In this document: positions 1 through 8,631 of the stretch, piece after piece
Numbering within the stretch: position 1 is the stretch's first letter
Layout: each line of letters starts with the position of its first letter
DNA from: Fimbriiglobus sp.
Lineage (GTDB): Bacteria; Planctomycetota; Planctomycetia; Gemmatales; Gemmataceae
NCBI GenBank assembly: GCA_043745295.1
Contig: JAYTTN010000714.1
Location: forward strand, 19,500 to 83,499
Length of the DNA: 64,000 bases
Direction: 5' to 3'
The notes under the pieces: generated by a model
What the model was told of the DNA's origin: nothing
Seen by the model: only the letters and a program-made list of their open reading frames with translations
Databases searched by the model: none
Position numbers and translations under genes: made by a program

Positions 1-1142
1 AAAGTGACGATTTTGGATTCGAGGGCGAGCATTTCGCGGGTCGTCGCCATGTCGCGGCCATCGACGGTGCTCCGGATCAGCGGTTTGCGGGCGAGTTCGT
101 CGGCGACCCGGTCCACCGTCACCGCCCCGAGGCCGCGCTTCAAGGCTTCGGTCACGAGCTTGCGCTCGGGCACGACGGCGTCCCGAACAAAGCTGTGCTC
201 GACGGCGTGGTCCACGGCCGTCCGCTCGCCCGCAGTCGTCCGGTTGGGCTTGGTCTTTCGTTGGTAGACGCCCCTCAACCAGTCGCGCTCGTCGGCCGAG
301 AGCCGCGACAGCCATTCCTTCCGCAGTTCCGCCGCAGTCAGGTTCTTGCCCTTGTGTTCCCGCGTCTCGGCCCCGAGTTCGGCCTTACGGTCCGGGTCGG
401 TGATGCCACGCTCCAGGGCGACCTTCTCGATCAGTTCCGTCCGGCGGGAAAACCGCTTCAGGACGTCCGAGGGCACGCCCGCGATCTCGAAGTCGTCCCG
501 CTTGCGGACCACCCCGTAGCCGAGGTCTTGCAGCCGGTTCGCCAGCCGCACCCGGAAGGCCGCCTGGAAGTACGGGGCGTCTCGCTTGAGTTCGCGGAAC
601 TGGCCCGCCTTCCAACGTTCTTCGTCCTGGTCCCAGGTGCTGTTGAAGGCGAACACGTGGGCGTGGAGCTGCGGGTCGGGCACCCCGCCCACCGGCCGCG
701 ACGTGGTGTGGACGAACTCGGCCCAGACCATGTTGCCGGTCGGCCGGTCGGTATCCTGGCCTCCTGTCCTGACGCGGGTCTTCATTTCAGTCTCGACCTC
801 GCGCATGGTTTCCGCAACGGCGTCGCGGAAGGCGTCCAGCATCTTCTTGTCTTCGGTGAGGCCGTAGAGCAGCGACACGGACTTGGGCACCGAGAAGGTG
901 AAGTCGTACCCGACCGTCCGCTCGCCTCGCGTACGAACCGTCAAGGGCTGTGCGGTTACGGGGTTGATGTTGTCGCAGAGTTGCTCGAAGGCCTGCTTGC
1001 CGACCGTGCCCTCAAGGCCGAGCCGGGCCGCACCCTTACCGCCCCAACGCCCGATCAGTTCCTGGCCGTCGAGGTAATAGTCGGCCGAAGCGTAGTAACG
1101 CTTGGCACCGTCTGCACTGTTCTGTTGGGTCACACGAATCAT
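1..1142 (-). CDS. MobF (TrwC/TraI-type) conjugative relaxase, N-terminal relaxase domain. The gene continues past the left edge of the window.
   Basis: Reverse translation from the ATG at 1142 reads MIRVTQQNSADGAKRYYASADYYLDGQELIGRWGGKGAARLGLEG. Further in it reads FVHTTSRPVGGVPDPQLHAHVFAFN, a histidine-triad region. Both are typical of the TrwC family. It is absent from the ORF track because there is no stop inside the window. The + ORFs 4..1148 are its antisense shadow. Confidence 0.85.
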   Translation of the reverse strand, partial: MIRVTQQNSADGAKRYYASADYYLDGQELIGRWGGKGAARLGLEGTVGKQAFEQLCDNINPVTAQPLTVRTRGERTVGYDFTFSVPKSVSLLYGLTEDKKMLDAFRDAVAETMREVETEMKTRVRTGGQDTDRPTGNMVWAEFVHTTSRPVGGVPDPQLHAHVFAFNSTWDQDEERWKAGQFRELKRDAPYFQAAFRVRLANRLQDLGYGVVRKRDDFEIAGVPSDVLKRFSRRTELIEKVALERGITDPDRKAELGAETREHKGKNLTAAELRKEWLSRLSADERDWLRGVYQRKTKPNRTTAGERTAVDHAVEHSFVRDAVVPERKLVTEALKRGLGAVTVDRVADELARKPLIRSTVDGRDMATTREMLALESKIVT

Positions 1143-1457
1143 GCATAATTTTACCATATCACGTATTCGTTAACGCTTCCTTAACGCCTCTCTGCTCTCC
1201 GGCTCTCAGAGCCGATCTTAAAGCTTCCCGAAACACCGATGTGCATTCAACGTCACCGCGGTTCGACCGCAGTGCCGGGTACGCTTCTTGGTTTTTTGGA
1301 TTTATCCCAGCCGCGCCCTCGATTGGAACGCGAGACACTTGGGGAGCCGGTCCGCGACGTGTATTGCGGCCATTGATACGGCCGGTCGGCCGCCGTTAAC
1401 TCTTCCTTAAACGCGCGGTGCGAGAATCGTTGCAGGTAAAACGATTCATGAGCGACC
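1143..1457. promoter_or_regulatory. Divergent intergenic region; candidate oriT and promoters
   Basis: It lies between the relaxase start and the divergent repeat-protein gene. A 20-nt motif GTTAAC(G/T)CTTCCTTA(A)ACGC occurs at both ends (1169-1188 and 1395-1414). GGCTCTcAGAGCC is a palindrome at 1201-1213. GTGTATTGCGG at 1359-1369 resembles the R388 nic-region core GCGTATTGTCT and is followed by the CGGCC..GGCCG hairpin. Confidence 0.35.
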
Positions 1458-3389
1458 GTGTCCGACCCGTCAGAACCCGCAACCCCTTCCGTTCCCCCGT
1501 CCCTCGACCCGGACCTCCTGCGGCGGGCCGCCGACTTCTTGGCTGATGTTCGTCGAATCCAACGCGAGGGCGGGAGGAAGTTGACGGGCCGGTCCCACCT
1601 GCCCGACGAGACCCTCGGGGCGTGCTTCGACGCCTGGGACGGCAGCCGGCTGCTCGCCGAACTTCGCTCACCGCGGGAAGCGGTCGTACCCCACGACGTC
1701 CAGGGCACGCTGTTCGAGCGGTTCGAGGAGTTGTGCCGCAGGCGGCGGATCGCAGTTCCCGGCGACCTCCGACCGGCCGTCTACCGGCTACTCGCTTTGG
1801 AACTCGCCGTGAACGTCGAACTCCTGGGGGCGACGCCCGAATCCCTGGCCTCGGCCACGCTGTACGCCGGGGTTCTGGACGACCTCCGCGATCGGTTCCC
1901 CGACTTCGCGGACACCCCCGGTATTCTCCGCGAGGCCGCACAAGGGTATCCCTCGGACCCGTCCGGCTTCCTCGCGGACACCCGCGAGAAGATTACGAGG
2001 TTGGAGGCCGACGACCGATTCGCCCAGTTCCGCGACACGCCCGGCCTCTTCCGGCAGGCCGCGATATCGTACCCGAGTGACCCGGAACGCTATCTCACCC
2101 GACTCAGCCAGACCGTGGCCAGACTGGAAGGCGACGACCGGTTTGCCGGCTTCCGCGACTCGCCGGGCGTTTTCCGGCGGGCCGTCCTCGGCAACCCCGG
2201 CGATCCGGAGGCGTTCTTGATCCGCGTTCAAGACACGGTTGCCAGACTGGAAGGCGACGACCGGTTTAGCGAGTTCCGCGACTCGCCGTCCCTGCTCCTG
2301 GAGACGGCGCTCCACTACCCGACCGACCCCGAGGGGCATCTCGAACGCCTCCGCGAAACCTTTGCGCGTCTGGAGGCCGACGAGCGATTCGCCGCGCTCC
2401 GCGACACCCCCTACGTGTTACGACGAGCGGCCACCCATCACTCGGCAGCCCCCGAGGCATTTCTCACCGGGCTACTGGAAACGACCGCGCGGTTGGAGGC
2501 GGACGAGCGGTTCGCGGACTTCCGGGACACCCCGGGGGTTTTTCGTCACGCCGCCCTCCGTCACGCCAAGGACCCCGAAGCGTTTCTCGTCCGCGTCCGC
2601 GAGGCCGTAGCCCGCCTCGCGTCGTCCGACGAGTTCGCGGACTTCCGGGACACCCCCGGGCTATTCCGACACGCGGCGGTCAGTTACACGGACGCCCCGG
2701 AGGCCTTCCTGCGAAGGGTTCGGGCCGCGGCCGAGCAGCTCGCCGCGGCCGACCGATTTGCCGAATTCCGGGACACCCCCGGTATCTTCCGACAGGCCGC
2801 CGCCCACTCTTTGGGCGACCCCGAGGCGTTTCTCGTTCGTGCCCACAACGCCTTCTCCCGACTCGCGGCGGACGACCGGTTCGCCCCGCTCCGCGACACC
2901 CCCGGCGTCTTTCGGCGGGCGGTCCTCGGCAGTCCCGGCGATCCCGAGGGTTTCCTGGTCCGTGCATCGGAGACCCAGGCCCGGTTGGAGGCGGACGAGC
3001 GGTTCGCGGACTTCCGGGAGTCTCCGGGCATTTTCCGTCAGGCCGCCTTCCACCACCCGACCGACCCGGCCGGATACCTCGAAAAAGTCCGCGCGACGAC
3101 GGCCCGGCTCGCGCGAGACGAGCGGTACGCCGGGTTCCGCGATACGCCCTGGGTGTACCGGCAAGCGGCCGTTCACTATTCGGGCGACCCCGACGGGTTC
3201 CTGAGCCGTACGGCGGACATCGTGGCCCGGTTGGAGGCGGACGAGTCTCTGGCGGTGTTCCGGGACACCCCCGGCATCTTCCGGCAGGCGGCCGTTCGCA
3301 GCCCGGCAGACCCCGAGAGCTTCCTGGCGAAGGAGCTTGCGAGGCGGCGGTCCGGAGGGACGGGTGGGCAATCACGCTCGGACGGCTGA
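1458..3389 (+). CDS. Repeat protein: 139-aa head followed by 12 tandem 41-aa units; function unknown
   Basis: GTG start at 1458, 643 aa. The unit consensus is RLEADERFADFRDTPGIFRQAAxxxxxDPEAFLxRVxxxxA. No signal peptide. Confidence 0.8.
   Translation: MSDPSEPATPSVPPSLDPDLLRRAADFLADVRRIQREGGRKLTGRSHLPDETLGACFDAWDGSRLLAELRSPREAVVPHDVQGTLFERFEELCRRRRIAVPGDLRPAVYRLLALELAVNVELLGATPESLASATLYAGVLDDLRDRFPDFADTPGILREAAQGYPSDPSGFLADTREKITRLEADDRFAQFRDTPGLFRQAAISYPSDPERYLTRLSQTVARLEGDDRFAGFRDSPGVFRRAVLGNPGDPEAFLIRVQDTVARLEGDDRFSEFRDSPSLLLETALHYPTDPEGHLERLRETFARLEADERFAALRDTPYVLRRAATHHSAAPEAFLTGLLETTARLEADERFADFRDTPGVFRHAALRHAKDPEAFLVRVREAVARLASSDEFADFRDTPGLFRHAAVSYTDAPEAFLRRVRAAAEQLAAADRFAEFRDTPGIFRQAAAHSLGDPEAFLVRAHNAFSRLAADDRFAPLRDTPGVFRRAVLGSPGDPEGFLVRASETQARLEADERFADFRESPGIFRQAAFHHPTDPAGYLEKVRATTARLARDERYAGFRDTPWVYRQAAVHYSGDPDGFLSRTADIVARLEADESLAVFRDTPGIFRQAAVRSPADPESFLAKELARRRSGGTGGQSRSDG
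1875..3350 (+). repeat. 12 x 123-nt in-frame tandem coding repeats
   Basis: I counted each unit at exactly 41 aa, spanning aa 140-631 with no indels. Confidence 0.9.
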
Positions 3390-3411
3390 GCCGGTCTTCT
3401 ACGGACCGGCT
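3389..3411 (+). terminator. Hairpin overlapping the stop codon of the repeat-protein gene
   Basis: AGCCGGTC-ttctacg-GACCGGCT, a perfect 8-bp stem. There is no U-tract. Confidence 0.35.
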
Positions 3412-3703
3412 GCTTGACCGCGATGTTTCAAAGCAGTTTGGCACCCCTCGTGTCCTGGTGCCCCGACGCGACGCGGGAAGACGAATCCCTCCGAAGACCG
3501 CCCGCCTAACTGACCCACAGCCAGACACCATTCGAGTCTTCCCGATGCGGCATTTTGGTGCGACACCAGCGGCGACGAACTCGCCGAGACCTCGCCGCCG
3601 GATCGAAGTTCCATGCCGGTCGTGTCCGGTTTTCTTCCCTCGTACCTCCCGCCTGCGAACGCGGCCTTCTGACGGGCACGCCTAAAGCCGCCGCCGGGCC
3701 GCT

Positions 3704-3752
3704 CAAGTGGAAAATCGGTTCCCCCTGAAGGTCGCCCCCAATTTTCCACTTG
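3704..3752. promoter_or_regulatory. 12-bp perfect inverted repeat upstream of the small-ORF operon
   Basis: CAAGTGGAAAAT (3704-3715) and ATTTTCCACTTG (3741-3752) are separated by 25 nt, about 100 nt upstream of the ATG at 3853. Confidence 0.35.
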
Positions 3753-3852
3753 CCCGGTGCGCTGACGCCCCGGACTCCCACGGCTTTGGTTCGGGTGCCA
3801 TCAGGCCGCGATGGTCGCGGCCGGAGAACCACGAAGGGAAAGGACCAAGACC

Positions 3853-4062
3853 ATGACAACCAGCACGAAACCCGAATCTACCAGCAAGACCCCCAGCCAC
3901 GTCGCCTACCAGGTCCGCGACCGCGACGGCGGCAAAGGGTACTGGACCCGCATCGGCTCCGTCTGGCCGCACGCCGACGGCAACGGCTTCAACGTCCAGA
4001 TCGAAGTCGTCCCGCTCGACGGCCGGATCACGCTCCGCGTCGCCACCGAGAAGAAGGACTAA
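3853..4062 (+). CDS. Small conserved-looking plasmid protein (loosely DUF736-like)
   Basis: ATG at 3853 preceded by GAAGGGAAAGGAC. The product is MTTSTKPE...YWTRIGSVWPHADGNGFNVQIEVVPLDGRITLRV. The family assignment is tentative. Confidence 0.6.
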   Translation: MTTSTKPESTSKTPSHVAYQVRDRDGGKGYWTRIGSVWPHADGNGFNVQIEVVPLDGRITLRVATEKKD

Positions 4063-4125
4063 CCCGGACCGGGCGGGGCTGCGGCCCCGCCCGCCCTCGC
4101 AATCTCAACCGAAAGGAACCACCGT

Positions 4126-4296
4126 ATGTACGACGACACCGACCGCTTTACCCTCCACTCCCGTCTCCTTGACCTGACGGACCAGCTTTCCAGCGGCATC
4201 GATCCCGACTTCGATGTCGCCCAGGACGACCTGGAGCGAGAGTTCGCCGAACTCCGCCTCCATCTCGGCCGGATCGAGCAGGGAGGCCGCTCATGA
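4126..4296 (+). CDS. 56-aa acidic helical protein
   Basis: ATG at 4126 follows GAAAGGAAC. The product is MYDDTDRFTLHSRLLDLTDQLSSGIDPDFDVAQDDLEREFAELRLHLGRIEQGGRS. Its stop overlaps the next start (ATGA). It is below the length cut-off of the ORF track. Confidence 0.45.
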   Translation: MYDDTDRFTLHSRLLDLTDQLSSGIDPDFDVAQDDLEREFAELRLHLGRIEQGGRS

Positions 4297-4757
4297 CCAA
4301 CACGAACTGCCTCGAAGGCGTCCGCTGCCCGTCCTGCGACCAAGACGAACGGTTCATCATCTCCGCCCGGGTCGATTGCGAGGTCACCGACGACGGCACC
4401 TCGGCTTACGACAACAGCCATTACGAATGGGACGGCGAGAGTGCGTGTCATTGCCCCGAGTGCGGCCGGTACGGAAAGCTGCACGAGTTTCGTAAGCTCC
4501 CGCCGGACCCGGAAGGCATGAACGACACCCGGGCCGAGTGGGCCGGCTATGCCCTCACAGCCTTGATGTCGCAGACCGGCACCGACACGGATTCGGCCGT
4601 CACCGATCTGCTCTGTAACCTGATGCACCTGGCCGACCGCGAGACCACGAACTTTTCGGCCGACCTGGAACGTGCCCGCACGCACTACGAGGCCGAGACC
4701 GGTGCGAACCCGGACGACACCATCAATCTCACCCCAACGAAAGGACTCACCGTATGA
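4293..4757 (+). CDS. Zinc-ribbon-like hypothetical protein
   Basis: CPSC...CPEC cysteine pairs (VRCPSCDQDE ... CHCPECGRYG). ATGA overlaps with both neighbouring genes. Confidence 0.65.
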   Translation: MTNTNCLEGVRCPSCDQDERFIISARVDCEVTDDGTSAYDNSHYEWDGESACHCPECGRYGKLHEFRKLPPDPEGMNDTRAEWAGYALTALMSQTGTDTDSAVTDLLCNLMHLADRETTNFSADLERARTHYEAETGANPDDTINLTPTKGLTV

Positions 4758-5527
4758 TTTCACGCTCATCGACCACCCGCACTGTAAACCCGTTCTTCGC
4801 AGCCCGAGCGAGCCGTATTTCCGCAGACGTGCCGACGGCGAAGTACGACACGGTGCCGCAATACGCCCGCTTGCCGCAGGCACCCCGTAACGGTAGCCCC
4901 GTTCCGCACCTGACCAGCCTCTACCACTTCCACCGCGCCGGCGAGTACGGCGACCGGGCCTACCCCGGCAACTGCGGCGGCAACCTCATCAAGGATCTGC
5001 TGACCTATTTCGAGCCGGGTCTGGTCTTCGACCCGATGAGCGGGTCGGGCACCTGCGCGGACGTGTGCGAAGAGATGGGCGTCCCGTGCGTGTCCTTCGA
5101 CATCCACACCGGGTTCGACGCCTGCGACGCGGCCGAATTCCCCGGCCCCGAGACGTTCGACTTCATCTGGGCGCACCCGGCTTACTGGCGAATGAAGCTG
5201 TACGCCGACGACCCCCGCGACCTGTCCCGGTCCCCCACGCTCGACCACTTCCTGCGCCGGTACGGGCAGTTCCTCCGCAACTGTGCGTCGGCCCTCAAGC
5301 CCGACGGCAAGCTGGCCGTCCTGATGGGCGACTACAACGACCGCGACGAGGGATTCGTACCGCTCACCTTCCACACCAAGCGGCTGGCGTTTGCCGCCGG
5401 GCTGCGTCAGCACTGCACGGACATCATCCGCTTTTCCCACGGGGCGAGCAGCGGCAAGAAGGTCTACCGCAGCCGCTTCATCCCCGGCCTGCACGACACC
5501 TGCATGGTCTTCACCAAAGGCCGTTAA
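4754..5527 (+). CDS. Orphan DNA methyltransferase (amino-MTase type)
   Basis: Motif I-like VFDPMSGSGTCADV and motif IV-like WAHPAYW. The RBS is GAAAGGAC. No cognate nuclease gene lies adjacent. Confidence 0.7.
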   Translation: MISRSSTTRTVNPFFAARASRISADVPTAKYDTVPQYARLPQAPRNGSPVPHLTSLYHFHRAGEYGDRAYPGNCGGNLIKDLLTYFEPGLVFDPMSGSGTCADVCEEMGVPCVSFDIHTGFDACDAAEFPGPETFDFIWAHPAYWRMKLYADDPRDLSRSPTLDHFLRRYGQFLRNCASALKPDGKLAVLMGDYNDRDEGFVPLTFHTKRLAFAAGLRQHCTDIIRFSHGASSGKKVYRSRFIPGLHDTCMVFTKGR

Positions 5528-5555
5528 TCACACCTCCAGAGAAAGGACTCTCGCC

Positions 5556-5966
5556 ATGACAAACACCGACTCTCGCCTTAACGACATCGCCGCAAAACTG
5601 CTCGGCATATCGACCCTGACGACCCGAAACTCCGACCGGCTCGACTTCCACACTGTGGCGGTCTGGCAGGTCGGGGCGGCGCTTACAGCCGCCTACGATT
5701 CTGGCCGGCAAGCAACACCTGTGACACCGCCGGATGCGAACGTACCGACGCCGTTCGACGGTTACGAAATCCAGCCGTGCCGGCTCCTGCGGGATACCGA
5801 CGAACCGCACCCGTCGTCCGTCGAACCCTGCGAGCCGTTCGAGGCCGACTTCTGGACGCTCTACGGCCACATCCCCGGCGAAGGTGTCATGACCGTCGGT
5901 GATTTCGACGCACGCGAACACGCCGAGGAAGTGTATGCCCGGATCACGGGTATCCAGTGGCAGTAA
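5556..5966 (+). CDS. Hypothetical protein
   Basis: An internal ATG at 5556 follows GAGAAAGGAC. The product is MTNTDSRLNDIAAKLLGISTLTTRNSDRLDFHTVAVWQV... The upstream part of ORF 5391..5966 is the overlap with the preceding gene. Confidence 0.6.
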   Translation: MTNTDSRLNDIAAKLLGISTLTTRNSDRLDFHTVAVWQVGAALTAAYDSGRQATPVTPPDANVPTPFDGYEIQPCRLLRDTDEPHPSSVEPCEPFEADFWTLYGHIPGEGVMTVGDFDAREHAEEVYARITGIQWQ

Positions 5967-6288
5967 TGCACGGACACGCATCTGCACCAGAGGGCTACGC
6001 CGCCGGGCTTTTCTACGGAGGAAGCTGAAGCCGCGGCCGGCCCGTGCAAGCTGCCGGAAGCCTCGCACTACCTACTCGCGGAGACAGTGGATAAAGACCT
6101 GAAGTACGGAATTGGCCCGAGCAAAGGTGAGGAGGAAGCACGAATGATGGCTCTGTCCGCCATCGCATCGCTGCGGCGACCGGGTAGCGAACCTCGTGGC
6201 GAATCGACGCACTGGGGCTGAAAAACAACTACGCGGGCAACAGCAAGGGACGGGTGACAACGATGGCACTTTCGTGTTACGATCGCAC

Positions 6289-6957
6289 ATGACGAGGTGG
6301 CACGAGAGGGCGCGAACCCGGGTCGGTTCCATCCTGAATGAAGTCGGCTGGGTGGCGCGGGTGAAAGCGGTGGAGTTTTGGGCGGGCGGCCGGGCGGCCC
6401 GCGGCGTCGCTGCGGGCAAACTTCTCCGCGACCACCGTGCCGATTTCCGATCCCCCGAGTGGGCGGTACAACTCCCAGGGTACGACCAATTCCTCGCCGA
6501 TGTCAGGGCCTTGTCGGTCGAACTGGGAATCCGGCCACCGAGTGTGAAAGTGCTGGCCGGGTATTCGTCGCTCACCCAAAGTATCGCGTCCGTACTGACC
6601 GAAGACTTACTGTTGGTGAGGGAGGACGCATTCTTCGAGTACACACCGGACCAACTCAAGGGGATCGCCGCACACGAACTCGCTCACATCGTCAACGGCG
6701 ACATGGACCGGATACCCGCGATGCTCGTCCCCGACCTGCGTGCCGCCAATCACAAGCGGGAGTACGCGGCGGACGCACTGGCGGTAGCGGTCACCGGCGA
6801 CCCGGAATCCTTAGCGTCCGTTTTTGAACGAAGCCAGAACCCGGCGAGTCACAGTCACCCTTCGTCCCGGGACCGGGTGCGGAAACTACGGGGATCCCAG
6901 ACACACACCGAGTGGCTGAAATCCCGAGCCGATGATGGGGGGCACGAGCGGGGTTGA
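6289..6957 (+). CDS. M48-family zinc metalloprotease (HtpX-like fold)
   Basis: HEXXH (AAHELAHIV), a downstream EYAADALA, and a C-terminal SHPSSRDRVRKL. The start is taken as the ATG at 6289 within ORF 6196..6957. Confidence 0.7.
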   Translation: MTRWHERARTRVGSILNEVGWVARVKAVEFWAGGRAARGVAAGKLLRDHRADFRSPEWAVQLPGYDQFLADVRALSVELGIRPPSVKVLAGYSSLTQSIASVLTEDLLLVREDAFFEYTPDQLKGIAAHELAHIVNGDMDRIPAMLVPDLRAANHKREYAADALAVAVTGDPESLASVFERSQNPASHSHPSSRDRVRKLRGSQTHTEWLKSRADDGGHERG

Positions 6958-6999
6958 ATGGAACTGCTGCCGGCGGGGATGAGAGCGACGAACCCCCGT

Positions 7000-7224
7000 T
7001 CAGTCACGGCGGTCGGCCTGGCGCTCGCTCCGGCCTTCCCCGTAGCCCCGTTCGTATGCCGCCAGCCACTCGGGCGATCGCTGGGCATCTTGGAAAACAT
7101 GATACTCATTGGGGCTGCCGTTCAGGCCGGCGAGCTTGCCATGCGAATAGGCCGCTTGCGTACTCGAAGCGTGGTGCTTCTCCAGGTCGCCGAGAAACGT
7201 TTTTAGTCCACTCCAGAAACTCAT
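7000..7224 (-). CDS. Small hypothetical protein
   Basis: ATG at 7224 with GGGAG 6 nt upstream; 74 aa. It is the only minus-strand ORF in this block. Confidence 0.35.
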   Translation of the reverse strand: MSFWSGLKTFLGDLEKHHASSTQAAYSHGKLAGLNGSPNEYHVFQDAQRSPEWLAAYERGYGEGRSERQADRRD

Positions 7225-7723
7225 GTTCGTCTCCCTATTGATGGGCGGCCGTGTCTACCGGCGGCCGAGCGTACGACAGCAGTCCGGCACGGACATTGTT
7301 CGAGCGGGTCGGGCCAAGATCAAGTGTGCCGGATGGACCCGCTGAGACACAGTTTGTGAGCCGCTTCCTTCCGTCTTCCATCGAGTCATTCCGAACCCGA
7401 GTCGGGTGCGGGATTCGGCTTCCGTTTCTCCTCGGCGGCGAGCCCCGCGAGCCACCGGTTGATACCGCCTCCCGTCGAGCGGAATCGGCAACCAACTGCG
7501 GTAATCGAAACCCACGTCCACACCGCTCACATGCCATCGCTTCGGGCGATGCGAGCCACCTCCACGCAGCCGTGGCATTGAGTTGTTCCCGCGCACGAGC
7601 CAGAGGGCTGGGGATGGCGTTTGGGTGAGGGCGTTGAAGAGCTTTTTCGTTCAGGCGTCTTCCCTATGCGGTGCATAGGCCGGATTTCCCGGGGAAATCG
7701 CGGGTCAACCGCCAGCCAGCAGT

Positions 7724-7915
7724 CCTGCAAGCAAGCTTGCAGGCTGGCATGACAGCAAGCTTTCCGTCTATACCGCAGGCCATCCCGCTTGCAGTCCAGC
7801 AAGAAGGACGGCATTCATGCTGGCCGTCACGCCAGCCAGACATCCCGCCAGCAAGAGGTCATGCCAACATGTCGGCTGGCCTGCCTGATGCACATACTGC
7901 TTGCCAGCATGACAG
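7724..7915. promoter_or_regulatory. parA upstream repeat cluster (operator and/or centromere-like site)
   Basis: Inverted repeat CCTGCAAGC-aa-GCTTGCAGG at 7724-7743. There are four copies of (T/C)(G/C)(G/A)GCATGA(C): 7745-7755 (+), 7815-7823 (-), 7858-7866 (-) and 7904-7915 (+). Confidence 0.5.
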
Positions 7916-7925
7916 TTGCCATGCT

Positions 7926-8612
7926 ATGAGTCGGTTCGTGATTATCGTCATTGCAAATTCCAAAGGCGGGGTCGGGAAATCGACCATCGCCGTTCACCTC
8001 GCAGCCTGGCTTCACGAGCAGGGCTACAGCGTCATTCTTGCCGACTGCGACGCCCAGCATTCCTCGTCGGAATGGGCGAAGGAAGCCGTCCCTGCGGTTC
8101 GCAGCGTTTCGCTCCCGGACCCCGACGCCATCCTCGACCGCCTGCCGCTCCTCGATCAGGAAGCGGATTTCGTCGTCGCCGATGGTCCGGGTAGCAACAC
8201 GGAAACCAGCCGCGCCCTCCTGCTGCGGGCCGACCTCGCACTGGTGCCCTGCAAGGCCAGCATGCTCGAAGTGCGGGCACTGGCCCAGGCAACGAACGTG
8301 CTGCGTCAGGCTCAGGACATCCGGGGCGGCGTCCCGCGTGCAATGATTGCTCTGACCATGATCGGCAAGACCTACCGGCTGACTCAGGACATGAAAGACG
8401 CGGCCGCCGCGTTGGGACTCACCGTCGCCAAATCGGGGCTGACGCAACGCCAGGTTTACGCCGACGCTCCCGGCCAGGGAGCCGTCGTCTGGAAACTCGG
8501 TTCTCGGGGCAAGGAAGCTGCCGAGGAGGTCGATGCGCTGTTTGCCGAACTGCTCCCGGGAAAACGCACGATGTACTTAAACGGCAGACAGACACGAAAG
8601 GCAGTCGCATGA
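7926..8612 (+). CDS. parA: ParA/Soj-family partition ATPase
   Basis: MSRFVIIVIANSKGGVGKSTIAVHLAAW carries the deviant Walker A motif. The start is the ATG at 7926 inside ORF 7671..8612. Confidence 0.9.
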   Translation: MSRFVIIVIANSKGGVGKSTIAVHLAAWLHEQGYSVILADCDAQHSSSEWAKEAVPAVRSVSLPDPDAILDRLPLLDQEADFVVADGPGSNTETSRALLLRADLALVPCKASMLEVRALAQATNVLRQAQDIRGGVPRAMIALTMIGKTYRLTQDMKDAAAALGLTVAKSGLTQRQVYADAPGQGAVVWKLGSRGKEAAEEVDALFAELLPGKRTMYLNGRQTRKAVA

Positions 8613-8631
8613 GACGTGTGGGGGAATCGAG

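Noticed and set aside
195-1148. Long + strand ORFs (4..267, 195..1148, 586..867, 883..1077) at the left edge
   Set aside because: They are antisense to a clear TrwC-type relaxase reading frame. Their products are Arg/Pro/Gly-rich with no motifs.
6144-6221. 25-codon ORF (MMALSAIASLRRPGSEPRGESTHWG) behind a strong GAGGAGG
   Set aside because: It is too short to support without conservation or expression data. It might be a leader peptide for the M48 protease gene.
7235-7670. Overlapping 100-125-aa ORFs on both strands between the small minus-strand gene and parA
   Set aside because: No frame has convincing composition, an RBS or motifs. I treat the region as non-coding or degenerate, and it merges into the parA control region.
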